Of a stretch of DNA of 20,000 bases, positions 10,804 to 20,000 are shown piece by piece; position 1 is the first letter of the stretch, and every line of letters begins with the position of its first letter. The notes under the pieces were generated by a model that was not told the origin of the DNA, did no database searches, and saw only the letters and a program-made list of their open reading frames with translations. This DNA comes from Mesotaenium endlicherianum (Eukaryota): assembly GCA_009602735.1 (NCBI GenBank), contig WELA01001462.1, forward strand, positions 675,692-695,691. The letters are read 5' to 3'. Both the position numbers and the translations under genes were made by a program.

Positions 10804-11243
10804 TTAACGCTGGGGATGGCCATAAGGCCCCTGGGGTGGCCCATAAGGCCCCTGGAAGTTTGCTACCTGAGCTTGTGCTAGCAAAGGCTGCCTCTGTTGG
10901 GGGCCTAAGCCAGGGCCATTAGGTGGCCCCGAAGTACAAAACCAAGATGTGTGTTCTCCCATGTGGCAATGCCAGCAACTCAAGTCATTTCTAAACATCT
11001 TAGGAGCGCGGGGGTTAGCCTTAAACGCATACGGGCTGGCCCGTGGTTTGCGGCTACTAAGATCAAACTCTTTCTCCTCCTCTTTGTCCTTCTTACTCTT
11101 AGCCACTTGCTTTTGGACCCGATTCTCCCAATCCTTGTTCTCATCCTTAGTTTGCATGGACTTGACAACCTCATCAATCACAGGCCAGCTATGCGAGTCC
11201 GCGGAATTGAATTGCTTTTGCCGAAAAGTTATCAAAGACAAAC
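10804..11243 (-). pseudogene. gag: DIRS-type gag C-terminal fragment with CCHC zinc knuckle, truncated by LTR insertion
   Basis: LITFRQKQFNSADSHSWPVIDE resembles the DIRS gag motif LIxxRQKxIxxADxxxW. It is followed by a K/E-rich helix, CWHCHMGEHTSWFC (CX2CX4HX4C) and a GPYGPPQ/GPYGHPQ repeat. ORF sequence above 11243 is LTR read-through. Confidence 0.7.
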
Positions 11244-12387
11244 TGTCGTGCGTTACGAGGTCAAGTGCGCACCATAGGCATAAGCAACACGTCATAGGCA
11301 AGCAGGCTTTGCTGCAATGGAGTCTATAATACATGTGGCGTTATAGCCAAAAAGGGAGTCAAGTCGAAGATGTTTTCATTAAGGAATGTGTATGCTCCAG
11401 AGTGAGCACCTCAAGACTGTAATATGGTAGGAAAACAACTAATGAAGTATGGCCCAAAAGATCACTGGAAGCACATCATGATCTTCAGAGTAGTCCTATG
11501 GCAAGGGCTTAAGCTGTGACTTTGCTCACCACTTGTGAAGTTCTTCAAGTGACTGGAAGCTTGGAGGGCTTGCTCTTCACAAGAGAGTAACTAAGTGGTC
11601 CTGAAAACACAAGAGATAAAAGTGTAAGCTTTTCTGATAATCTCTGTTACTTACACCTGGCATAACGGACTTCTACAAGATGTCTCTTCTAGGGACATCT
11701 TCCGTACTTATACTCCTGGAAATCCGGCGGGGTATGCGGCGGATCCAGTGCATGTAGCACTCTAGGAGGCTCTCCTATGTCCACTAATGTGTACAAGGCA
11801 TGTACTAGCACTCCTATAGGCTAAGCATAACTCAAACAAATCAAGCAAGGTGCGTAGGATATGCTACGTGTCCCTCATTGGCCGAGCTTACCTTGGGTGA
11901 TTCTACCTAGATAGCGCCTCAAAAGTGGATCTGGAAATTGAGGAAGCTTCCTCTAGGAGTAGGTGATGCAGTCACCAAGTTATAGCCTCAATGATGCACA
12001 TGTACTATGGAAATGCAAAGCTTATGTAGGCTAAGGGGCTCGCGGATTTGNAAATTTGTGCGCACAGAGCTTGGGGTCACGAAGAGCCAACAATGTCACT
12101 TTTTGGGGACATTGAGTCACAAATTGGGCCTTGGGAAAGTTTCGCTAGGGACCGGTAGGTGACGCGAACTAGATCGCACCTATCTCGCTCGATACTTGAC
12201 CAAATGACGCGAAATTGGTGCCATTCGGAAGATGCTTCGACGCACTACACGTTGGTGACTTGGAAATCTAGAAAAGGTCAACATACAAACGCGTAAAGTC
12301 AATGCAAAGTCGGCCTTCCTAGGTTGATGTTTCGCACATGTGGAGCTTCGTTTTTATACGACAACCTCGACTCAATAAATCATGACA
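11244..12387 (-). repeat. Long terminal repeat (~1144 bp)
   Basis: Bounded by TGTCGTG...CATGACA (TG..CA, 6/7 terminal inverted repeat). No ORFs of its own. TATAAGTA on the - strand near 11705-11712. Lies just 3' of the gypsy pol and PPT. Confidence 0.78.
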
Positions 12388-12389
12388 GC

Positions 12390-12522
12390 TGTCGTGCGTT
12401 ACGAGGTCGAGTGCGCACCATAGGCATAAGCATCACGTCATAGGCAAGCAGGCTTTGTTGCAATGGAGTCTATAATACATGTGGCGTTATAGCCAAAAAG
12501 GGAGTCAAGTCGAAGATGTTTT
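12390..12522 (-). repeat. Partial second LTR copy (133 bp)
   Basis: Matches 11244-11376 with 3 substitutions and is separated from the full LTR by only GC. Confidence 0.92.
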
Positions 12523-12538
12523 AATCCCCCCCCCAGCT
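12523..12538 (-). other. Putative polypurine tract
   Basis: AGCTGGGGGGGGGATT on the - strand, directly after the pol stop (12540) and directly before LTR sequence. Confidence 0.65.
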
Positions 12539-12587
12539 CTCAGCCTCTAGCTGATGGGCTGTGTACGCTGCCTAAGGCTAGCTCAGT

Positions 12588-12722
12588 GCAGTCTCTGCAG
12601 AACCAGTCTTCAGCTGGCATGCGGGCCAGCGGCGGGTCGAGGCAGCCAATGTGAAAGCTGAGGTTGCAGCTGTCGCAGAGCAGCATCTTGGCCTCCTGGC
12701 CAATGCTGTGACAGATCTGGCA
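12588..12722 (-). other. PHD finger at the integrase C-terminus
   Basis: CQIC...MLLCDSC...FHIGCLDPPL...P...WFCRDC is an intact C4HC3 pattern, in frame with the integrase. Confidence 0.95.
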
Positions 12723-12779
12723 CGCCCAGTCCTTGGGCGGCCACGCGTCGCAGGGTTGGACCTGCAAGTCAAGGTTAGG

Positions 12780-13900
12780 AAGGTGGCACGGCCCACAGTT
12801 CTTCGTGTGGTCCTTGTGAAGACGGCCATCTGCGCCTTCCAGCTCCAGGACTCCTGACGCCAGGGCACGCTTGACGCGCAGGATGACTGGCGAGCTGCTG
12901 GTGTCGAGGGTGTTCTTCGCTTGGCGTCGCAGGTACACGAAGTCACCTGCGGAAAACTGCAACACCCGCAGATGATAGGCTCCTCCACGAGTCATGGCGT
13001 ACCTCAGTGTGTCGCGATGCTGTGCGATGCTGAGGTTATCCATGGCCATGGGCATCAGGCGCCGAAAGAGCTGAGCACGCTGCCCGATAAGAGCACTCCA
13101 TGTCTCGGGACTGTCCAAGTCCAAGACGTTCTCGGCCACGGTCCTGGCTGCTGNGGTTTTGGCTGTTGCTGGCAGGATGGGCTGTCGGCCGTAGAGAAGG
13201 AAGTAGGGAGAGTGCGAGGCCAGGGAGGCCTGCTTATTGAACCTGTACCCCATAGCCAGCCAAGGGAGGGCGTCGTCCCAGTGGGTACGGTCGTGGGCAA
13301 GGCAGTACTTCCGCAACCCTAGCTTAACGGCCTGCATCATGCGCTCGGCGAGGCCGTCAGCCGGAGGATGATCGCGGGAGGTGTTGCGGTGGTCGATCAT
13401 AGAGCGCTCCAGCAGCTTCTGAAAGCTGCCCTGGAACTCCTTCCCCTAGTCGGCCAGCACCTCAGCGCAGCCGCCAAAACGGCTAAGGACCTGATCAAGG
13501 AAGGCCTGAGCGATCCCCTCACTGACCTTGCTGGGCAAGGGCACGAGCTCGATCCACTTGGACATGTGCTCAATGATCACCAAGACGTAGAGGTTGCCCT
13601 GGCGAGACTTGGGCAGCTCTCCAGCCAAGTCAAGCGACCACCTGTAAAACAGCCCCTAAATAGGAAGGGGGCTAAGGGCAACGGTGCGCGCTGTGAAGCT
13701 CGAGCGCACACGGTCGCAGAGAGTGCAGCTGCTGACGACAACGGCGACGACCTTAGTCATGCCGTGCCACCAGTACTCGGCCTGAAGAGGACTGAGGGTG
13801 CGCTTGACACCAAAGTGCCCGAGGGACTCGTGCACTCGGCGCACCAGCTGACTGCGTATGGCAGGCTCAGGGACCACCAGGACGGAGCCGTCCGCCATCA
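12780..13900 (-). other. Integrase: HHCC zinc-binding domain, DDE core, SH3-like C-terminus
   Basis: HESLGHFG...CTLCDR; WSLDLAG, VLAD*GKEF, DGLAER; SPYFLLYGR; FSAGDFVYL. Confidence 0.93.
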
Positions 13901-14234
13901 CGCGCCGCACGCGCCCCTCCATGAAAATGAAGTCGCGGTTGCGCCTGAGGATGCGGTCGCGCTCGCGTGCGCTGACATCGGGTGCCAACTCCTTGGTCGT
14001 GACGTACTGCAGCACTGGGGCGTCGTCCCACACGTCCTCGGGACCGCGCTGCCAGCTGTCCTAATCCTCTGCCGCTGCCAGGGCCAATCGCCGAGTGGTG
14101 ACGGTCACCATGTCCAGGCTAGTGAGCCCTGCGGGCCGCACGTCGCCGTCCACGGTGAAGGCCAAGAAGGCCGCCGCGTGCCAGGCCACCGGCTCATCCT
14201 CATCGTGGCGGGCCACAGTGAGATCCCTAGAGGA

Positions 14235-14625
14235 GGGCAGCGGGTTACGGCTAAGACCGTCAGCGTCCAGGTTGGTAGAGCCTGGACGGTGGTGCACGTT
14301 GAAGGTGTACTCCTGCAAGATAAGCGCCCACCGTGCGTACTTGCCGGTCAAGCGCTCCGACATCATGAGCCACTTAAGTGGCTGATGGTCGGTGACCAGG
14401 CGGAAGTGCGTGCCGTAGAGATAGTGCCTGAAGTGCACGATTGCCCAGACTGCTGCCAGGCACTCCCCCTCGTAAGAGCCGTAGTTGCCTTCCGCGCGGT
14501 TGTTGCTGCGGCTGGCGTAGGCCACGACATGCTCGAAGCCGTCATGCTCCTGCACCAACACAGCGTCCAGCCCTGCCTGCGACCAGTCGGTGTGGACGAT
14601 GAAGGGTTTCGCGTAGTCAGGACGT
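14235..14625 (-). other. Gypsy RNase H domain
   Basis: FIVHTDWS, VAYASR, YEGECLAAVWA, VTDHQPL, ARWALILQEY, DADGLSR. Confidence 0.95.
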
Positions 14626-14629
14626 CAAG

Positions 14630-15650
14630 CACAGGAGCGCTCACCAGCAGCTCCTTGAGCTTATCGAATGCCGCGTGCTGCTCTGGTCCCCACACGTAGG
14701 CAACGCCCTTGCGGAGCAAGTCGTTGAGCGGCTTGGCTAGCTCGCTGAACCCTGGCACGAAGCGGCGGTAGTAGTTGGCGATACCAAGGAAGGCCCGCAG
14801 CTGCGAGAGATCTGTAGGAGGTGGGATGCCTGTGATGGCCGAGATCTTCGCCAGCTGGGGTGCCAAGCCGCTGGAGGAGAGCAGGTGGCCAAGGTACTCC
14901 ACCTCGCGGGTCCCAAAAGTGCACTTGCCTGGATGGCACTTGAGCCCAGCCGCCTCCAAGCGGTCCAGGACAGCAGTGATTGCGCCACGTGCTCCTCAAA
15001 CGTCTGACTGAAGACGAGCACGTCATCGATGTAGCATCGGGCAAAAGACAGCCCGGCCAGCTCCTTATCCATCACCCTCTGAAAGGTAGCTGGCCCGTTC
15101 TTTAACCCAAACGGCATCACCACCCACTCGTAGAGCCGCTGTGCTCCCCAGAACGCCGTCTTATGTTGGTCCTCCTCGGCAATGGGAATCTGGTTGAAGC
15201 CCTGACGCAGATCCAGCACTGAGAACCAAGTGCACGTGCCAATGTCATCAAAGATCTCGTCAGGCGTCGGCATAGGATATCTGTCCTGCTCGGTGACCTC
15301 GTTCAGCCTACGATAGTCACCGCACATCCTCTTCTCGGACCAGTTGCCCGAGGCATCCTTCTTGGCTGGCATGACCGTGGGTGCGGCATAGCGAGAGGAG
15401 GACTCCTGAATGAGCCGGCTGTCCTCCAGCTTGCCTGTCTGCGCGCTGATCAAGCCATCCTCGAAGTGGCTGTAGCGATAACGCTTCAGGAAAATGGGCT
15501 CCTGCGATGTGAGAGTAATCCGCATGGGGTCCCCCCTGTAGCGCCCAAGATCGTGCATGCCGCTGGCAAAGCTTGTGCTGCGCCTCCCGTCCAGCAGTGC
15601 CGTCAATTGTGCAGCCTGTGCCTTGGTGAGTGTCCCCCCCAGCTTCCATG
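14630..15650 (-). other. Gypsy reverse transcriptase (plus connection) domain
   Basis: [44 protein letters not shown] (15022-15033), KCTFG...[24 protein letters not shown]. Confidence 0.95.
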
Positions 15651-15837
15651 TTGGTGGAGCTGGTGGCGTCGCCTGGCCTGCAGCTGGAGTCTCTTCTCTT
15701 GCCGCTGGGGTAGACTGTGGTGCTGCAGGTGTCACCTGCCCTGCAGCGGTTGGCGCTCGGCCTACCGCGGGTACCTGCACTGTGGCAGCTGCGGCCAGCT
15801 GCCTGGCACCGTCTGCCTGCAAGCGAGGAAAAAGAAA

Positions 15838-15901
15838 GGATGACCGGGACTCCCTCGGTTGCTGTGAGGACGACCGGGACTCCCTGGGTCGCTGTGAGGA
15901 C
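15838..15901. repeat. 30-bp tandem duplication in the DNMT-RT linker
   Basis: GACCGGGACTCCCT(C/G)GGT(T/C)GCTGTGAGGA occurs twice. Confidence 0.85.
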
Positions 15902-16135
15902 TCCTCTCTCCGCCGTCCCCCCCCCCAGCAAACCAGAGTCCTCCCTGCGCGGCGGCGGGGAGGAGGGGCGCGCGCGCGCCTGCGGTGCAGGCCCTGCGCG
16001 CTGAGGATGCCACGTCGTGCCGAGCGGGGCCTGCGTGTTATCGTCGGTGGAGTCATTGGCCATATCATCGGCAAGCCGAGGCAGCTCGGGATGCCGGGCT
16101 GCGGCGTAGAGAGGCGCCAAGGCCTGCGTCTGCAG

Positions 16136-17074
16136 CAGAATCCACGTGAGGACGTTGGCGTCGATCGCCTGCCCCAAGAGGCAAATGCGGTTCACCTCAG
16201 TGAGACCGTCCACCTGTGTGAGATGCAACGGGAAGCCCATGGCACGCTCCATCTCCGCAGGGAGCGGCCTGTCAAACATGCCAGTCTCCAGGTCGATGAC
16301 CATCCCGCGCTGATCTCCGACGAAGGCGTCGCTGTCGTAGCGGCTGACAAAAGTCGGCAGCGCGCGAGGGACGTCATGCAAGACCTCACACTGCGCCATG
16401 GAGGGATGTGGTAGTGCAGTCACGCGCTGGGACAGACAAGGGGCATTGAGGATGGAGTCGACGGGGTGACGTGGATGAGAGGCGGCCAATGCCTCGAGAG
16501 TACCTGGCATCGCCAGGTTCGTGAAGTAGGCGCGGACGCGGTACGCGAAGGAACCAATTTGGGCAGCGTCGATGACGGCCTCGCGGCCGACGTAGCTGCT
16601 GCAAAGAGCGAAGTCTGCGCTAACATCGGGTTAGTGATTGTGGCGCGCGGCCACGTTCTCCAGGACCCACGCAAGTGTGTGCGGCGGCTGGCGATCCTCA
16701 ACAATGTTGAGGATGCGGAGCAAGTGCCAGAAGAGGGCTGTGCGGGGATCGTTGAGCGCCCTGCCACGCCCGGCTCTGGGGAAGCCCTGGCACTCCCAAC
16801 CGGCGATGACGAGGTCAATGGGCCCAAGGCGGGTGACATGCTCGACGGTGATGTCGCGGATATCCATGGGCCAGTCTGTCTGAGCGCGGCGAAATACGTG
16901 CGCGGGAAGGAGGTCTGGGAATCGCTCGTGGCACAACGCCATCTACCGACGGGCCACCTGCTGGGCCTCAGGATCGGGATCGACGTAAACGTAGCGGCGC
17001 AGCGGGATGCCGGCTTGTAAGGTCGCGAGCAACCCGGTGGCGATGCCGGCAAAGAGCTCGACGAGGACGATGCC
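16136..17074 (-). pseudogene. C5 cytosine DNA methyltransferase domain (DNMT3-like) within the polyprotein
   Basis: One reading frame with two stops. Motif I VLVELFAGIATG, II YVYVD, III DIRDIT, IV DLVIAGWECQGF (Cys at 16790-16792), VI WVLENV (16652-16660), VIII AYRVRAYFTN, IX ERAMGFP, X LLGQAID. Confidence 0.92.
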
Positions 17075-19089
17075 ACCGAGCCGCTCGTCTAGAGCGTCTG
17101 CGCAGATAGGAGTCGGAAGTGGGCGACACCCCATTGCGGGGGTGCCGAGCTGAGCGGGCGGCGGGAAGGTACGCTCGGCGTTGTGCTGATGTGGCGCCAT
17201 GCGGAGGGCGGCCACAGCACGGTCTGCGTAGTCACGCGTAAGGCTGGGGATGCGGTCTGTGAGCGGCTGCGGACGCTCCTCCCGTGCGTGGTCCTGGTAG
17301 GTGCGCCACCGCAGGCGCGCATCCTGCAGGGCTGTCGGAAGGACAGCGCGGGCCTGGCGTCTGGCCGAGGCCACGCACAGCTGCTGCCCCCTGTCGCGCT
17401 GGGCGCGGTCAGTCTGGTGCGAGGTCGCGTGGGCCAGCTGGTCAAGAACGGGACGCCGAGTCAAGTAGGGGTGCAGGTCGAAGTAGGCCCGCTGGCGTGC
17501 GCGCATGTCGGCAGAGGGGACTGTGCAGACGGAGCGCTCGGAGCTGTCGACCTCCTGCGGGGACCGAACTACCCGGCGAGGGGCCAACTGGACTCGCGGC
17601 CGGGGCTGCCCCCGTGGGACGGGCGCGTCTCGGGGCTGCCGGAGACTAGACATGAGCCGTGTGCGTGCGGCGGCCGTAAATGGGTGGCGACTGGGTGGCC
17701 TGCTGTCGATGCGGGCCACCTTGGGAGGGGGTGACCGGGAGAGACCGTCGCCAGCGATGTGGCTGCGAGGGACGCTGGCGCGCGGCGCTGTAGGGGCCAG
17801 CATCACGAAATGCGCCTCGGAAGAAGACTGAGCATCGTCGCCAGCTGAGAGGGGCCGGAAGGGCGGAGTGCGGCGTCGGTCTCGAGTGTCGTCGTATGGC
17901 GGCGTGTCCCCGCGGGCCCGCATGTCGTCGTAAGGAGGCGTGCGCTCCCTGTCGTCGTAGGGCGGCACGATGGAGCGGGCTCGCGTCTCGCGGAGGGGAG
18001 GCACCTGTTGCGTCTCACAAAGGGGTGTGAGCGATCGGGAGCGGCTCGTCTCGCGGAGAGGAGTGGTCTCTCGAGGGGGCCCGATGGTCGGCCTAGTGCG
18101 ATGTGCGTAGGTCAGCTGGGCGCAGATAGACGGGGTCGTGCGGGGTGGCTCGCGGACGCTGAGCCTGGGCGCTGGCTGCTGTATGGAGTGTGTGCTAGCG
18201 CTAGAGGAGGCCGCGGCAGCCCGGCTCGTCGCAAACAAATGCGCGATGCGGCGACACTCGTGGCTCGTCGAGCAGTTGTGTGACACTGGACGGCTGGGTC
18301 CAGCGGCGTCGGTGCGAGCCCTGCTGGGCCAGTTGTGTGTCATGGGCTGGCTGGGTGCGCTGAAGCCGGGTGGACCAGTAGGTGCGTGCTGCCTGCGTGC
18401 CATAGGCGCAGCTGGCGGGGGCTCCGCGCCAAGTACCTCGACGGATGCCTCTGGCAGTCGCTCCCACTGTGTCTCCTCCTCACTCTTGAGGGACTGGTTG
18501 TCGGATCTGCCAGGAGAAGCTGCCTGCCGCATGACCTCGTCCTCGGATGCCGTGGTGCAAGGCCAAGTCTTGCCGGTCTGATGCGAGGCGTCGTGAGGGG
18601 GCGGCTGCGAGTCCATACTGTACTGAATGGCCACGCCAACCGGCACGTCGTGGCAAACGCGGACGTCGGTCCTCGCGGACGGCTCGCCGCGAGAGGCCGA
18701 GACCCCCTGATGAGCCGTAGGCGCTGCGGCCGCACCGCGAGCAAGGGCGGCGGCAGCGATGGCTGTGCTGGCCGTGGCAAGGGCCTCAGTGGCATCGTCC
18801 TCCATCTGCCGCATCATCGCGCTGTGGACAGTGCAGATGCGGATCTGCTCCCTGGCCTGGGCTGCCAGGACATCCGCCTGCTGGTGCGGCGTGAGGTGGA
18901 GCTCGGCACTTGGTAGGTCCGGCTCCTTGTCCTGTGGCTCGAGCAGGTCCACTCCCACAGAGATCTCCTTGTCCTCGGGCCCGTCCTTATTGGTCTTGAC
19001 CATTGGCCGGCCATCGCCCAGCCCCATGAAGCCATAAAGATCGGACACTGCTGGGCGGCGATCGACAATATCAAGGGGCAAGGATGCGG

Positions 19090-19480
19090 TGCGCGTCCCC
19101 CCTGTCCTCCAGTCGGGACGATAGAAGACGCGCTCCGCCCAGTTGTCGACCGCGGCGCCAATGGGAAAGAGCACGGCCTGCCCTAGGAGCACATCAAAGG
19201 ACTCGGAAGGAGTGAGGAGTGCGTGCCGATGGATGGTTGTCTCGTCTACCGTGCCTGGGCGCAGAGTGAACAATAGTGCCAACCTCGTGCCGCCGGCGAC
19301 GGTCTCGGACGTGCCGGCGGCGGTGTTAATGCGCGTCGGAGAGTCCTCCAAGTCGGCGGAAGAGAGTCCCAGCTGACGGAAGTAATGGAGGATGATGAGA
19401 GCCGGCTGCGCGCATGTGTCGAACATGATGCGCTGCGGCGCCTGGGTGTTGACGAGCACGATCCCCAACGAATTATCCAA
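19090..19480 (-). other. Retropepsin-like aspartic protease domain
   Basis: RIMFDTCAQPALII (D-T-G motif altered to DTC at 19412-19420), INTAAG flap, FDVLLGQ. Confidence 0.8.
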
Positions 19481-20000
19481 AAACGCGACGTTAGGAGTGC
19501 TGATCATCCTGCGCTCATGCGCAGGGCGCGCGGGCGCGGATTGCACCGCGGTGGCGGCATCGGCCGTTGGCCTCCTGGCGGCGGTGCACAGCGTGGCTTT
19601 GCGCGACTGGAGCATCAGCTGAGCGGCCTGGCGCGTTGCCTCCATGGAGACGCCGAGCTCTGCAAAGGAGACCGCCGGCATGCGGTGCAGTGCTAGAGAG
19701 ATGACCTTGGTGCTGAGCTGCACCGTCGTCATAGGCGAAGCGAGCGCATGTGGCGTCGGCTCTGCTGAGGTCGTGGAGGGCTCTAGGATGCGGAAGGAAT
19801 GGGGCAGCCGCGGTGCCTCCTCCGTCCGGCGTCCCTGGTCCGGCTCGGCGCGCTTCTGCAGAACAACGGGCCGACTGGCCGGTGCTACGAGCGTGTGCTC
19901 GCGGCTCGCGCGCCTGACTGCGGAGCGGTTGCCGAGTGGCTGCGCGCGTGCGCAGCAGGCCAGAATGGCTGCTGCTGGCGCAGCCGGCAAACTTGCCGCG

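Larger units (their letters stand above)
11244..20000 (-). mobile_element. Ty3/gypsy LTR retrotransposon carrying a cytosine DNA methyltransferase and a PHD finger (5' part beyond the window)
   Basis: Gypsy domain order PR-RT-RH-IN, followed by PPT and LTR. Extra DNMT between PR and RT, and PHD at the end of integrase. Confidence 0.92.
12540..20000 (-). pseudogene. pol: Gypsy polyprotein PR-linker-DNMT-RT-RNaseH-IN-PHD, disrupted
   Basis: In-frame stops at 16943, 16631, 14061, 13656 and 13446. Frame changes at ~15650-16100, ~14980 and ~14625. The frame stays open to the window end. Confidence 0.9.

Noticed and set aside
11244..11334. N-terminus of the 176-aa ORF (MYYRLHC...)
   Set aside because: Read-through from LTR sequence, not part of the gag.
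13368..14699. 443-aa + strand ORF and other + ORFs between 12.6 and 19.7 kb
   Set aside because: Antisense shadows of the GC-rich gypsy pol; no recognisable motifs.
13446..16945. Stop-codon reassignment (TAG/TAA = Gln)
   Set aside because: The host GT92 gene ends in TAG with no internal TAR codons in its predicted exons, and the same pol also has frameshifts, so decay is the simpler explanation.
7818..17074. Prokaryotic restriction-modification system, retron or prophage integrase
   Set aside because: The MTases, RTs and recombinase sit in DIRS and gypsy architectures beside a spliceosomal-intron gene.
17888..17968. Retroviral PPxY late domains
   Set aside because: The motifs are TPPY/VPPY, which do not match PPxY, and they lie in pol rather than gag.

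Overview
Eukaryotic, intron-containing DNA, most consistent with a streptophyte (charophyte-like) green alga; the taxon is an inference. From left to right: (1) about 2.4 kb of mostly non-coding sequence with a dense W-box cluster. (2) A multi-exon GT92/DUF23 glycosyltransferase gene of the galactan synthase (GALS) type on the + strand (~2.5-5.7 kb), with an assembly gap inside an intron. (3) A decayed DIRS/PAT-like tyrosine-recombinase retrotransposon on the - strand (~5.9-10.3 kb: gag remnant, RT-RNaseH-adenine-MTase-like ORF, tyrosine recombinase, 83-bp split direct repeats, hairpin). (4) A second DIRS-type gag fragment cut by an LTR. (5) A decayed Ty3/gypsy LTR retrotransposon on the - strand (11.2 kb to beyond the window end). 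Its polyprotein reads protease - long disordered linker - C5 cytosine DNA methyltransferase - RT - RNase H - integrase - PHD finger. This writer-plus-reader retrotransposon is the most notable element, and it also shows an odd LTR-LTR junction at its 3' end.
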